The notes under the pieces: model-generated
Database searches by the model: none
What the model was told of the DNA's origin: nothing
Seen by the model: only the letters and a program-made list of their open reading frames with translations
Assembly (NCBI RefSeq): GCF_000146505.1
Contig: NC_017448.1
Coordinates: 1,740,001-1,772,000, forward strand
DNA: 32,000 nt
Direction: 5' to 3'
From: Fibrobacter succinogenes subsp. succinogenes S85
GTDB taxonomy: Bacteria; Fibrobacterota; Fibrobacteria; Fibrobacterales; Fibrobacteraceae
In this document: positions 9,013 through 18,375 of the stretch, piece by piece
Layout of the letters: each line of letters begins with the position of its first letter
Position numbering within the stretch: position 1 is the first letter of the stretch
Program-made: the position numbers and the translations under genes

Positions 9013-10215
9013 TTAGCCCTTGATTGCGTCGCCCATGCTAAACATCGGCATATACATTGCAATCAGGAGGCCACCGACGGCACCGCCCAAGAACACGATG
9101 ATGAGCGGTTCAATCATACTCACGACGGCATCAACTGCGGCGTCCACTTCTTCATCATAGAAGTCCGCGAGCTTCAAAAGCATACCACCCAAGTTACCAG
9201 TCTTTTCACCGACGCCCGTCATCTGGATCACCATGGGCGGGAAAATGCCCACTTCTTCCATCGGCTCGGCAATGGACTTACCACCAGCAATACCAATCGA
9301 TATCTTATAAATTGCCTTTTCAACAACTTTGTTACCTGCGGTTGTCGCAACAACCTTCAAGGCATCCATCACAGACACACCAGCATTCAAAAGCGTTCCG
9401 AGCGTTCGAGCAAAGCCAGCCGTCGCAGACTTAATCTGCAAATCGCCTAGCTTTGGGACTTTTAGCGTAAACTTGTCCATTGCAAATTGCGCTTGCGGTA
9501 TTCGCATTATCATCTTGTAGGCAAAAATGATAATGATAACGCCAATAAACATAAACGCACCGTTGTTGCGTATAAAGTCAGAAATATTCATCACGACTTG
9601 CGTCGGGGCCGGGAGTTCTGCATCAAGAGCAGCAAACTGTTCAGCGAACGTCGGCACCACGAACGTCATAAGTGCAATCACAACGACAATACCCACGATA
9701 ATAACCATGATCGGGTACGTCAAAGCTTTTTTCACCTTGCGTTTGAGGCGCTGGTTGTTTTCAAGAGTTTCTGCCAGACGAGCCAGAATGCCTTCAAGAA
9801 TACCACCCGCTTCACCAGCAGCCACCATGTTGCAATACAGGGAGTCAAAAACCTTCGGGTGCTGCGCCAAGGCATCAGCCAAGGAAGAACCGCCGTTAAT
9901 TGACTGCGTGAGCTTATGCACAACGTTCTTGAGTTCCGGGTTTTCGCACTGCGCTTCAAGAATGTTCAAGCACTGCAACATTGGAAGACCCGCCGAGCAC
10001 ATGGACGAGAACATACGCGTAAAACGGGTGATGTCTTCGGTCTTGATGCCGGAACCAATCTTAATCTTGATTTCGGTCGGTTTTTTCTTGAGGCTCGTAA
10101 TAATCAAGCGACGGCGGAGCAAAAGGGCTTCGGCTTCGGCCCTGTCCTTAGCTTCAAGCGTACCTTCAAAGCTATTACCCTGCGAGTTTTGGGCCTTGTA
10201 CAAAAATTCAGCCAT
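9013..10215 (-). CDS. pilC: Type IV pilus assembly platform protein PilC (GspF/T2SS-F family)
   Basis: The 400-aa protein has the typical duplicated T2SS-F architecture and three hydrophobic segments. It lies immediately downstream of pilT, with a 3-nt gap. Confidence 0.88.
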   Translation of the reverse strand: MAEFLYKAQNSQGNSFEGTLEAKDRAEAEALLLRRRLIITSLKKKPTEIKIKIGSGIKTEDITRFTRMFSSMCSAGLPMLQCLNILEAQCENPELKNVVHKLTQSINGGSSLADALAQHPKVFDSLYCNMVAAGEAGGILEGILARLAETLENNQRLKRKVKKALTYPIMVIIVGIVVVIALMTFVVPTFAEQFAALDAELPAPTQVVMNISDFIRNNGAFMFIGVIIIIFAYKMIMRIPQAQFAMDKFTLKVPKLGDLQIKSATAGFARTLGTLLNAGVSVMDALKVVATTAGNKVVEKAIYKISIGIAGGKSIAEPMEEVGIFPPMVIQMTGVGEKTGNLGGMLLKLADFYDEEVDAAVDAVVSMIEPLIIVFLGGAVGGLLIAMYMPMFSMGDAIKG

Positions 10216-10218
10216 TGA

Positions 10219-11286
10219 TTACACCCCTTCCTTTACAAACAACTGTTCCAACTGATCCGGGCTCGACGAACGAGCAAGAGCGTCAAAACGATCGACCTTG
10301 TGGTTCTTGACAAGTTCACACAAGCACATGTTCATCGTGTTCATGCCGAACTTCTGACCAATTTCAATCATGGATTCAATCTGGTGAACCTTGTCATCAC
10401 GGATCAAAGCGCGGATACCCGGCGTCACGTTCATGACTTCGTACGCCATCACGCGTCCACCGCCAATCTTTGGCAAAAGGGTCTGACAGATAACTCCCTG
10501 GAGCACAAACGAGAGCTGCGTACGCACGGTCTGCTGTTCACCCTTCGGGAAGGCGTCGACCACACGGTTGATGGTCTGCACGCAAGAGTTTGTATGAAGC
10601 GTTGCAAAAGTCAAGTGACCCGTTTCGGCAATCGTAAGCGCCGAGCGGATCGTTTCCAAGTCACGCATTTCGCCGATGAGCACCACGTCCGGGTCCTGAC
10701 GAAGAGCCATCTTGAGGGCCTGCGCAAAGCTATGCGTATCGCTACCGACTTCACGCTGGTTGATCATGCAACCCTGATGCTTATGCAAAAATTCGATCGG
10801 GTCTTCAACCGTCAGAATGTGGTCGTGACGTTCCTTGTTAATCTTGTCGATCATGGCAGCCAAGGTCGTGGACTTACCAGAACCGGTAGCACCCGTCACA
10901 AGCACAAGGCCAGAAGGACGTGTCGTAAATTCGGCCATAATCTTCGGGAGGCCGAGGTCCTTAAACGTCTTGATATCAAGCGGAATAATACGGAGGGCAA
11001 GCGCCACACAGCCACGCTGCAAGTAGGCGTTCGCACGGAATCGCGCAAGATTTGCAATACCGAATGAAAAGTCGCATTCCTTTTGCTGTTCAAAAGTCTT
11101 TTTCTGGGCTTCATTCATCAAGCTGTAAGTCATACGCATGGTTTCGTCGGGCTTAAGCTTGTTTTCCCCGATGGGGGTAAGCTTGCCGGAAAGACGAATA
11201 AGAGGGGGTGCGCCGGCCGTAATATGCAAGTCGGACGCCCCACGTTTGACCATTTCTGCTAAAAGATCTTGAATGTTATATGCCAT
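10219..11286 (-). CDS. pilT: Twitching-motility retraction ATPase PilT
   Basis: The 355-aa protein has Walker A GATGSGKSTT, the Asp box/Walker B VVLIGEMRD, and PilT-type length and N-terminus (..DLHITAGAPP..). Confidence 0.9.
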   Translation of the reverse strand: MAYNIQDLLAEMVKRGASDLHITAGAPPLIRLSGKLTPIGENKLKPDETMRMTYSLMNEAQKKTFEQQKECDFSFGIANLARFRANAYLQRGCVALALRIIPLDIKTFKDLGLPKIMAEFTTRPSGLVLVTGATGSGKSTTLAAMIDKINKERHDHILTVEDPIEFLHKHQGCMINQREVGSDTHSFAQALKMALRQDPDVVLIGEMRDLETIRSALTIAETGHLTFATLHTNSCVQTINRVVDAFPKGEQQTVRTQLSFVLQGVICQTLLPKIGGGRVMAYEVMNVTPGIRALIRDDKVHQIESMIEIGQKFGMNTMNMCLCELVKNHKVDRFDALARSSSPDQLEQLFVKEGV

Positions 11287-11337
11287 GCACTAGAATATAA
11301 TTTAAAAAGCTCAAAAATTTCATAAATTCTTTATGCA

Positions 11338-11856
11338 ATGCGTTCATCCACTTATAAAATTCTCGCATGGGTAGGGGCAATTATTTTCCTCGGCTTCGCG
11401 TTTTATGCGTTCGAAGCCAAGTCCCGACAGCGCCTGAACTACCCAGAAACGGTCGTGAACTTCACGGCTGACGATGTGATGGGCGGCAAATCGGACTACG
11501 CAAGCGAGAAGGGGACTGCAACGCTTATTGTTTTAACCGCCTCCTGGTGTCCATCATGCCGGGCGGAACTTCCGATACTCAAGCAGTTCAACGAGGAATT
11601 TGGACCGAAGGGCCTCAAGATTCTGATGATTGACGAGGACGACTCCAAGAAGGTCGCCCGCAAGTACAAGAGAAGCATGGATATCCCGTGGACGATGCTC
11701 CACTGGAACTACGACGCGCTCAAGGCGCTAGGAAGCCCGGGTGTGATCCCCGTGAGCTATGTGGTCGACAAGGACGACAAGGTCCAGCACGTTGATGTCG
11801 GAGTGCTCAACGAACTGAGAGTCCGACACGAGCTAAAGCGACTGCTGGGACAGTAA
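11338..11856 (+). CDS. Membrane-anchored TlpA/ResA-like thiol-disulfide oxidoreductase (thioredoxin fold)
   Basis: There is an N-terminal hydrophobic anchor (ILAWVGAIIFLGFAFYAF) and a WCPSC redox motif. The 172-aa length is typical of the redoxin family. Confidence 0.8.
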   Translation: MRSSTYKILAWVGAIIFLGFAFYAFEAKSRQRLNYPETVVNFTADDVMGGKSDYASEKGTATLIVLTASWCPSCRAELPILKQFNEEFGPKGLKILMIDEDDSKKVARKYKRSMDIPWTMLHWNYDALKALGSPGVIPVSYVVDKDDKVQHVDVGVLNELRVRHELKRLLGQ

Positions 11857-11881
11857 TTTAGACGAAAGATCGCTTCGCTGA

Positions 11882-11963
11882 TAGACGAAAGACGAGAGAA
11901 AAATAATGGCACTTCGTGCGTCTTTATAGGGCGGCTTAGCCGCGATTTCCTCTCTTTCGTCTA
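11882..11963. repeat. Imperfect inverted repeat / long hairpin between convergent genes (possible bidirectional terminator)
   Basis: The left arm TAGACGAAAGACGAGAGAAA (11882-11901) faces the right arm TTTCCTCTCTTTCGTCTA (11946-11963); the first 11 nt of the arms are perfectly complementary. An extra direct copy of AGACGAAAG lies at about 11867. An inner hairpin GCGGC-TTA-GCCGC is present. The right arm abuts the epmA stop. Confidence 0.45.
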
Positions 11964-11964
11964 C

Positions 11965-12936
11965 TCACGCTATCGGGCTTGGGAAGAGGATCACGTCAGC
12001 GATTTCTTCTTTACCGAGGGCGAGCATGAACAGGCGGTCGAGCCCGAGAGCCACACCAGAGCAAGCTGGCATACCCGATTCAAGAGCAGCAAGGAACCGT
12101 TCGTCAATAGGCGGTAAGGGCTTGTTCATCCCCTTACGAATTTCCAAATCAGCATAGAAACGGCGACGTTGTTCCACCGGGTCCGTAAGTTCCGTGTAAC
12201 CATTGCAAAGTTCCACCTGGTTCACGAAAAGCTCAAAGCGGCGAGCCCACGTGTAACCTTCATTATCCACGTACGTCTGTGCGAGAGCCGCCTGCGATGG
12301 CGGGTAATCCAAGATGAACTCGGGACCATTACTTGCGAGAGCAGGTTCCACGAGGAAGACCATGAGATAGTCCCACCAGTCTTCGCGCGTGAGCGTCTCG
12401 CTCTTTTCGGGTACGGGAATCTCGCGAGCGCGGCAAGCATCCGCAAAGTCCGTAAGCTTTTCACAAAACGGATTCACGCCAGCGTAATTCTTGAAAGCAT
12501 CAATCCAGCGGGTGCGGCGGGCATTTAGTTTGGTCCCAATAATTTCACTCACAAGGTCTTCGACTTCGTCCATGAGTTTGTCCTGAATCATACCCACGCG
12601 GTACCATTCCACCATCGAGAACTCGTTGTTGTGGTGGCCGCCAAATTCATCCTTGCGGAACGACTTTGTAATCTGGAAAATGTCACCGAACTTTGCAGCG
12701 AGCAAGCGCTTCATGTGAAATTCCGGGCTCGTCATCATGAACCGCTTCGGGTCTTCAATCTCAAAGTAATCGAGCTGCGGATCCGTTCCACCGTATGCAG
12801 AAAGCACAGGCGTCTCGACTTCGAGCGCATTACGACGAACAAAGAAATCACGGACGCGGGCCATCAGCGCCTGGCGCTTGACCCAAGTTTCACGCGTGCA
12901 AGTGGGCGCAAATGCGCCCGAGTTCAAATTTTCCAT
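11965..12936 (-). CDS. epmA: EF-P--(R)-beta-lysine ligase EpmA (GenX/PoxA; truncated class II LysRS paralog)
   Basis: The 323-aa protein is a class II aaRS catalytic core without an anticodon-binding domain. Diagnostic stretches include FRKDEFGGHHNNEFSMVEWY, RFELFVNQVELCNGYTELTDP and CSGVALGLDRL. Confidence 0.85.
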   Translation of the reverse strand: MENLNSGAFAPTCTRETWVKRQALMARVRDFFVRRNALEVETPVLSAYGGTDPQLDYFEIEDPKRFMMTSPEFHMKRLLAAKFGDIFQITKSFRKDEFGGHHNNEFSMVEWYRVGMIQDKLMDEVEDLVSEIIGTKLNARRTRWIDAFKNYAGVNPFCEKLTDFADACRAREIPVPEKSETLTREDWWDYLMVFLVEPALASNGPEFILDYPPSQAALAQTYVDNEGYTWARRFELFVNQVELCNGYTELTDPVEQRRRFYADLEIRKGMNKPLPPIDERFLAALESGMPACSGVALGLDRLFMLALGKEEIADVILFPSPIA

Positions 12937-14312
12937 TACTCAGCTCCGGCTACACAACGGACCGCAAGATAGAAACTCGGATCCACGGAAATGGAGCCGA
13001 CATCCTTATCGGAGCTGAACATTGTGCGAGCCTTGCCACGAGAATCTTCTTCGGAATCGGCAGTCCAGAAGTAGGCGCCCTCGCCCATCGTCGTGCAGAC
13101 GCCAGTCTTGTTGGCGTAGCCACCGAACATGGCCGTGAATGCATAATCGTCACTGCCGTTGCTCTTGAGCTTGAGTGCCGCAGAGCGTGCGCCACCGGCG
13201 TATTCTTCAAGCTTTTTCCAGTCCGCATCCGTGGCGAGATGGTAGCCTGCCGGGCAAGCCTTCTTGGCGGCTTCTTGCGTGTAAAGGCGGCCAAACGTTT
13301 TGCAGTTCGCATCATCGCGGTCGTAGCAAATCGAGCCATCAGGATCATTGTAGTTCAAGTTTTCGACGAACCAATCTACGCCACCGATTTCCTTGACCTT
13401 GTAAACTTGTTTGTCACGCTTGTCCACAAAGTTCTTGAACACCGGGCAGCGAGCGCTGAAGCCAGCCTCCGAGAGAATCGGATCGACCTTGCCCTTCCAA
13501 GCCGTGCAGAAGCGGAACAGCTGACCGCCCGGGAGCGAAGCGCCCTTATGCTTGGCGGCCCAAGACTTCACGTAATGGAGGCCCGTCACGGCGGTATCGG
13601 GAATTGAGAGCACCTTGGCATACTTGCCAGCGAGTGCGGCATACGTCCCGGCAACAGACATCGGAGCTTTCCAGAAGCCTTCGGAAAGACCTTCGCGCAA
13701 GCTTGCAAAAACCGGAGACGGTTTGTAGACCTTAATCGTCTTGTCCACCATCTGTTCAGGTTTCGTCTTGCAATTCACATCATGGTCAATCGCCATCAAT
13801 GAATTCGCATCCACCTTGCACTGGGCAATGCACTTTGTTCGTGCAGCACCCTTCTTGGGGCAAGGTTTCCAGACCGTCGTATCAACACTCACGAGCGACT
13901 GTTTTCCAAAAGCCTTCGTCTTCGTTGCAGCCTTAGCCACCTCGTCTAGCGTCTTGAGAGCCTTTGCGCTCCCCTTCTCGCCATCGGCGAGCAAATACTT
14001 GATGACACCCGAGCAGGCATTCGCGGCATTCGCCATCGAACACACCTTCGGCCCAAAGCCATACGCAAACTGGGACGGGCAAGCGGCAAACGCTTCATCC
14101 GGCATCTGCTTGAAATGCTTGCCATAAATGTTTGTCGCATTCTTCGCAGACATCTTACCGCAATAGATTTCTTCAAGTTCGCCGGAATTGACAATCTTTT
14201 TCACCTTTTTCCAGTTGTTGGAATCAACGGCCTTGCGGAGCGCTTCTTGGGCAAAACTACCCTGTGCCAAAATTGCAGAACAAACCAAACTTGCTATAAA
14301 AAGATTCTTCAT
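12936..14312 (-). CDS. Secreted protein with a C-terminal 'Fibrobacter succinogenes major paralogous domain' (FISUMP-type)
   Basis: A Sec signal peptide is present (MKNLFIASLVCSAILAQGSFAQ). The C-terminal region WFVENLNY...CYD...FGRLYTQEAA..ACPAGYHLATDADWKKLE...YFWTA...AVRCV matches the known W-x-ENLN / GxLYTW / CPxGWHLPxxxEW pattern. Its stop overlaps the epmA start (TAATG). Confidence 0.8.
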   Translation of the reverse strand: MKNLFIASLVCSAILAQGSFAQEALRKAVDSNNWKKVKKIVNSGELEEIYCGKMSAKNATNIYGKHFKQMPDEAFAACPSQFAYGFGPKVCSMANAANACSGVIKYLLADGEKGSAKALKTLDEVAKAATKTKAFGKQSLVSVDTTVWKPCPKKGAARTKCIAQCKVDANSLMAIDHDVNCKTKPEQMVDKTIKVYKPSPVFASLREGLSEGFWKAPMSVAGTYAALAGKYAKVLSIPDTAVTGLHYVKSWAAKHKGASLPGGQLFRFCTAWKGKVDPILSEAGFSARCPVFKNFVDKRDKQVYKVKEIGGVDWFVENLNYNDPDGSICYDRDDANCKTFGRLYTQEAAKKACPAGYHLATDADWKKLEEYAGGARSAALKLKSNGSDDYAFTAMFGGYANKTGVCTTMGEGAYFWTADSEEDSRGKARTMFSSDKDVGSISVDPSFYLAVRCVAGAE

Positions 14313-14492
14313 CTAAACCTCTTTTAAAACTTAACTAGATCCTTCGCTTTCGCTCAGGATGACACTATGAATAGTTTTAATATATAACGAATTATAAACA
14401 ATCCCTAATGAATAATCAAAAAAAATCTTGAACCCTAATAATATTTTACTTGAATTTGACTCCGGCTATAGAGGATTTCTATCTTTTGGAGC

Positions 14493-15716
14493 ATGAACGC
14501 AGAAGTCTTACGCAATGAATTCCCGATGTTGGTCGCAGGCGACAAAGAAGCAAAGCCGCTCGCCTTTTTGGACAGCACCGCCACAACCCAGAAGCCCGCA
14601 AGCGTCATCGACGCGATGGACGATTTTTACCGCGAGCACTACAGCTCCGTGAAGCGCGGGGTTTACCGTCTCAGCGCACGCACTACCGAAGCCTTTGAAA
14701 AGACCCGCAAAGACGTTGCGAAGTTTATCAACGCAAAATCCGAAGACGAAATCGTCTTTACTCGCGGCACCACCGAAAGCATCAATCTCGTTGCCTGGAG
14801 CTACGGACGCAAGTTCTTTGAAGCGGGCGATGAAATTTTAATCAGCGGTTTGGAACACCACGCCAATATCGTAAGCTGGCAGCTCGTCGCCGAAATGAAG
14901 GGCGCAAAGATCAAGGTCATTCCCGTCCGCGATGACGGCGATTTGGACTTGAGCAAGCTCCCCGAGCTTCTCACGCCGCGCACCAAAATGGTCGCCGTTG
15001 CCCACGTGAGCAACTCCGTAGGCACAGTGAACCCGATTGCAGAAATCATTGCAACCACCCGCAAGCTCGCCCCACAAGCAAAAGTTTTGATAGACGCCGC
15101 CCAGAGCTCTAGCCACATCAAGATTGACGTGCAGAAGCTCGACTGCGATTTCCTCGCTTTCAGCGGCCACAAGATGTACGGCCCGACTGGCATCGGCGTT
15201 CTTTACGGCGAGTACGACGTGCTCGACAGCATGCCGCCATGGCACGGCGGTGGCGAAATGATTAAGAACGTCACGTTCGAAAAGACGACTTACGCTGACG
15301 TCCCGGCTCGCTTTGAAGCTGGCACACCTGCCATTGCCGAAGTCATCGGCCTCGGGAAAGCCATCGAATGGCTGAACAATGTTGGCCTTGACAATATTCG
15401 CAAACACGAAGAACAAATCACACAGTATGCTCTGAAGCAGCTCGCCGAAATCCCGCAAGTAAAAGTCCTCGGCAACCCGAAGGAACGCGGAGCGCTTATC
15501 AGCATTACGTTGGATGGCATCGCCGTCGGTGATGCAGCCATGATTCTTGACGAAGAAAACGTCGCCGTGCGCAGCGGTCACCATTGCGCGCAACCGGTAA
15601 TGGACCGTTTTGGCGTAGATGCCACGCTCCGCCTGAGCTTTGGCGTTTACACACTCGAGCGCGACATTGACCGTTTTGTCGCCGGCATCAAGCGCGTCGT
15701 CCGTCTGTTCGCCTAA
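14493..15716 (+). CDS. sufS: Cysteine desulfurase, group II (SufS/CsdA family, PLP-dependent)
   Basis: The 407-aa protein has the PLP-lysine motif SGHKMYGPTGIGVLYG and the catalytic-cysteine loop RSGHHCAQP. It is followed by tcdA, as in csdA-csdL type arrangements. Confidence 0.88.
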   Translation: MNAEVLRNEFPMLVAGDKEAKPLAFLDSTATTQKPASVIDAMDDFYREHYSSVKRGVYRLSARTTEAFEKTRKDVAKFINAKSEDEIVFTRGTTESINLVAWSYGRKFFEAGDEILISGLEHHANIVSWQLVAEMKGAKIKVIPVRDDGDLDLSKLPELLTPRTKMVAVAHVSNSVGTVNPIAEIIATTRKLAPQAKVLIDAAQSSSHIKIDVQKLDCDFLAFSGHKMYGPTGIGVLYGEYDVLDSMPPWHGGGEMIKNVTFEKTTYADVPARFEAGTPAIAEVIGLGKAIEWLNNVGLDNIRKHEEQITQYALKQLAEIPQVKVLGNPKERGALISITLDGIAVGDAAMILDEENVAVRSGHHCAQPVMDRFGVDATLRLSFGVYTLERDIDRFVAGIKRVVRLFA

Positions 15717-15741
15717 ATTCCGCCAGTTTTGCAGGATTCTC

Positions 15742-16575
15742 ATGGGAATTGAAAAAGGCATTTTCAACCGCACATCGCTCCTTCTCGGAGACGATGTTAT
15801 GGACTGTATCTACCAAAAACGCGTCATCATTTTTGGACTCGGCGGAGTCGGCAGTTGGTGTGCCGAAAGCCTGGTGCGTTCCGGCATCAAGGAACTCGTG
15901 CTCGTCGATTCTGACCGCGTGTGCGTCACCAACATAAACCGCCAGCTGATGGCCACCACCAAAACCGTGGGCCAAGTCAAAGTCGAAGTGCTTAAAAACC
16001 GCTTGTTAGAAATCAATCCGCACGCAAACGTCATCGCACTGCAGGACATCTACGAAGAAGCGAATACGGACAAGTTCCAGCTAGACACATTCGATTACAT
16101 CATCGACGCTATCGACAGCCTCGAAAACAAGATGCAGTTGCTTTGGCACGCCACGCACACCAAGGCAACCGTATTCTCGTCGATGGGAGCCGCCCTCAAG
16201 ATGAACCCCACAAAAATCAAGGTCGCCGAATTCTGGAAGGTTACAGGTTGCCCGCTCGCACGCGCACTTCGCGACAAGTTCAAGCGAAAAAAATTGTGGC
16301 TCAAGAAAAAAGTACTTTGCGTTTATAGCGACGAACTCTTGAAAAATCGCGGTCAAAATTCTTCTTGCGGAACCGACGCCTGCATGTGTCCTAAAGTCCG
16401 CCAAGAACGCAGTGAAGCGGAACTCAAGAACGCCGAACTTGTCGATCACGAATGGTGTAGCAGCAAGGCTCAAATCAACGGCACCATGGCACATGCCACG
16501 GCCATTTTCGGCTTTATGATTGCAGGTCTTGTGATGAACGACATTTATCAGAAAGCGCTAACGCAAGCTGAGTGA
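15742..16575 (+). CDS. tcdA: tRNA threonylcarbamoyladenosine dehydratase TcdA (CsdL; ThiF/E1-like)
   Basis: It has the ThiF-type nucleotide loop IFGLGGVGSW and DSDRVCVTNINRQ, and it pairs with the upstream cysteine desulfurase. I place the start at ATG 15742 (MGIEKG..), because the track's 15640 start overlaps sufS by 77 nt. Confidence 0.8.
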   Translation: MGIEKGIFNRTSLLLGDDVMDCIYQKRVIIFGLGGVGSWCAESLVRSGIKELVLVDSDRVCVTNINRQLMATTKTVGQVKVEVLKNRLLEINPHANVIALQDIYEEANTDKFQLDTFDYIIDAIDSLENKMQLLWHATHTKATVFSSMGAALKMNPTKIKVAEFWKVTGCPLARALRDKFKRKKLWLKKKVLCVYSDELLKNRGQNSSCGTDACMCPKVRQERSEAELKNAELVDHEWCSSKAQINGTMAHATAIFGFMIAGLVMNDIYQKALTQAE

Positions 16576-16587
16576 TTTAACTTGCTC

Positions 16588-16616
16588 TTGACTTTTTTAA
16601 CTTAATAAGTTAAATT
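16588..16616 (+). promoter_or_regulatory. Sigma70-like promoter (TTGACT-17-TAAATT) with an embedded perfect 8-1-8 palindrome
   Basis: TTGACT lies at 16588-16593 and TAAATT at 16611-16616, with a 17-nt spacer. The palindrome TTAACTTA-A-TAAGTTAA at 16597-16613 overlaps the spacer and the -10 box. The SD AAGGAGAG and ATG 16636 follow. Confidence 0.45.
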
Positions 16617-16635
16617 AAAGTTAAAAGGAGAGAGC

Positions 16636-18372
16636 ATGAGCATCGGCGGAATTACATTTAAGACCATCAACGGCAAGCGTTACGCTTACTATCAATGGAC
16701 CGAAAACGGCAAGCAGCACAGTCGCCGTGTCAAGGATGATGAATTTGCGGAACTCGCTGCAAAAATTGCGACAGAAAAAGCGAAAAAGAATTCGTCAAGA
16801 AACATTCAGCAACTAGTGGTCGCCGAAAACACCGCTCCATATTCAGCAAAACCCGAATTCAAAACCGACATAAAAATTGGAGCACAGCTTACCCGTTTTT
16901 TCGAACCCGTCATGAAATGGAAAAAGCGTGAATGGTTCAGCGCGCTCCACGATTACATTTACGGAGAAAACAACGACCGAGTTCTCATCCTATACGGGCT
17001 ACGTCGCACAGGCAAAACGACGCTCATCCGCCAACTTATTGGCGAAATGTCTGCCGACATGCAACAGAAAACGGCGTTTATTCAGCTGAGCTCTAGACAT
17101 TCGCTCGCCGACGTCAACCACGACCTGAAACAATTAGAATTGCTTGGTTTTCGTTACGTATTCATTGACGAAGTGACATTGCTAAACGATTTCATCGAAG
17201 GTGCCGCATTATTCTCCGATATTTTCGCCGCCGGCGGGATGAAGGTGGTCCTATCGGGAACCGATTCCTTGGGATTCGTTTTTTCCGAAGACGAGCAACT
17301 TTATGACCGTTGCATTTTATTGCACACGACATTCATCCCCTATCGGGAATTTGAAAACGTTCTTGGAATTGCAGGCATTGATAAATTTATCGAATTCGGT
17401 GGAACGATGAGCATGGGCGGGAGCAACTACAACACAGACAAGTTTACTTTTGCCACACAAAAAAGCGCAAACGATTACGTGGATTCCGCCATTGCACGCA
17501 ACATCCAACATTCCCTCAAATGCTACCAGCACGAAGGGCACTTCCGCGCATTGCAAGATCTATACAATGCTGGCGAATTAACGAGCGCCATCAATCGCAT
17601 CGTCGAAGACGTCAACCACAGATTTACCATAGACGTACTGACTAAAAAATTCAAGTCAAGCGATTTGAGAATTTCAGCATCGAATTTGCGTCGCGACAGA
17701 AACAAGCCCACCGACATTCTCGACCGCATCGATATCAATGCTTTTACAAAACAACTAAAACATCTTTTGCTCATCAAGGACAAAGCAGAACAATCTGTAG
17801 AAATCAGCGAGCCACACCGCATAGAAATCAAGGAATATCTCGACTTACTCGATTTGACTTGCGGCATCGATATTGTCAACATGTCCAACCTGAACGAGCA
17901 CCGTACACGTACAGTTCTTTCGCAACCAGGACTCCGTTACGCCCAAGCATCAGCACTCATCAAGAGCCTTTTGCTAGACGAGACGTTCAAACAAGTTCCG
18001 ATTACTGAGCGTATGGCAATCGAGAAACGAATTCTCGATGAAATCCGTGGACGCATGATGGAAGAAATCGTACTCCTGGAAACCAAAATTGCAAAACCCA
18101 CAAAGCAAGTTTTCCAATTACAGTTTGCCGTCGGAGAATTCGACATGGTGGTATTCGACCCACAAAATGCCTGTTCCGAAATTTACGAAATCAAGCACAG
18201 CGACAAAATTGCCAAAGAGCAATGTCGCCATTTGCTTGACCCCAAGAAATGTGCCGAGACGGAATTCCGCTACGGAAAAATCTTAAGCAAGAACGTCATC
18301 TACCGCGGAGCAAAAGACCGCTTTGGCGATATTAATTATTTGAATGTAGAAGAGTATCTGAAAGGGCTATAA
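16636..18372 (+). CDS. AAA_14/DUF4143-like ATPase with a C-terminal nuclease-like D..ExK motif
   Basis: It has Walker A GLRRTGKTTL and Walker B YVFIDEVT. The C-terminal segment FDMVVFDPQNACSEIYEIKHS resembles a PD-(D/E)XK core. The overall layout matches the widespread ATP-binding-protein (DUF4143) family. Confidence 0.75.
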   Translation: MSIGGITFKTINGKRYAYYQWTENGKQHSRRVKDDEFAELAAKIATEKAKKNSSRNIQQLVVAENTAPYSAKPEFKTDIKIGAQLTRFFEPVMKWKKREWFSALHDYIYGENNDRVLILYGLRRTGKTTLIRQLIGEMSADMQQKTAFIQLSSRHSLADVNHDLKQLELLGFRYVFIDEVTLLNDFIEGAALFSDIFAAGGMKVVLSGTDSLGFVFSEDEQLYDRCILLHTTFIPYREFENVLGIAGIDKFIEFGGTMSMGGSNYNTDKFTFATQKSANDYVDSAIARNIQHSLKCYQHEGHFRALQDLYNAGELTSAINRIVEDVNHRFTIDVLTKKFKSSDLRISASNLRRDRNKPTDILDRIDINAFTKQLKHLLLIKDKAEQSVEISEPHRIEIKEYLDLLDLTCGIDIVNMSNLNEHRTRTVLSQPGLRYAQASALIKSLLLDETFKQVPITERMAIEKRILDEIRGRMMEEIVLLETKIAKPTKQVFQLQFAVGEFDMVVFDPQNACSEIYEIKHSDKIAKEQCRHLLDPKKCAETEFRYGKILSKNVIYRGAKDRFGDINYLNVEEYLKGL

Positions 18373-18375
18373 AAT

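Noticed and set aside
9329-11114. Multiple plus-strand ORFs (up to 255 aa) antisense to pilC/pilT
   Set aside because: They lie entirely inside strongly supported pilC/pilT coding sequences and have low-complexity, Arg/His-rich compositions with no motifs. These are typical shadow ORFs of GC-balanced genes.
12912-13607. 231-aa plus-strand ORF, plus 132-aa and 82-aa minus-strand out-of-frame ORFs, within the secreted-protein gene
   Set aside because: These are antisense or out-of-frame shadows of the 458-aa gene, which has a signal peptide and a recognisable C-terminal domain. They have no SD or motifs.
14340-14372. Short GC-rich hairpin-like segment (ATCCT-TCGCTTTCGCTC-AGGAT) in the AT-rich divergent region upstream of the secreted-protein gene and sufS, which looks vaguely like a dispersed repeat
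   Set aside because: There is only one copy in this window, although a loosely similar GATCGCTTCGCTGAT occurs near 11877. I cannot establish repetition or function from the sequence alone.
15640-15741. N-terminal extensions offered by the ORF track (tcdA from 15640; also 22343 for the AAA+, 29912 for the PLD, 29916 for the WYL, 19850 for the GNAT partner, 25645 for the nuclease, 3444 for the 600-aa ORF)
   Set aside because: The extended starts overlap upstream genes, run through terminator or operator hairpins, or use TTG. Downstream ATGs have SDs and begin at the conserved part of each protein.
14838-15773. 311-aa minus-strand ORF opposite sufS
   Set aside because: It fully overlaps a textbook cysteine desulfurase on the other strand. 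Its sequence is Ala/Val/Asp-rich without motifs.
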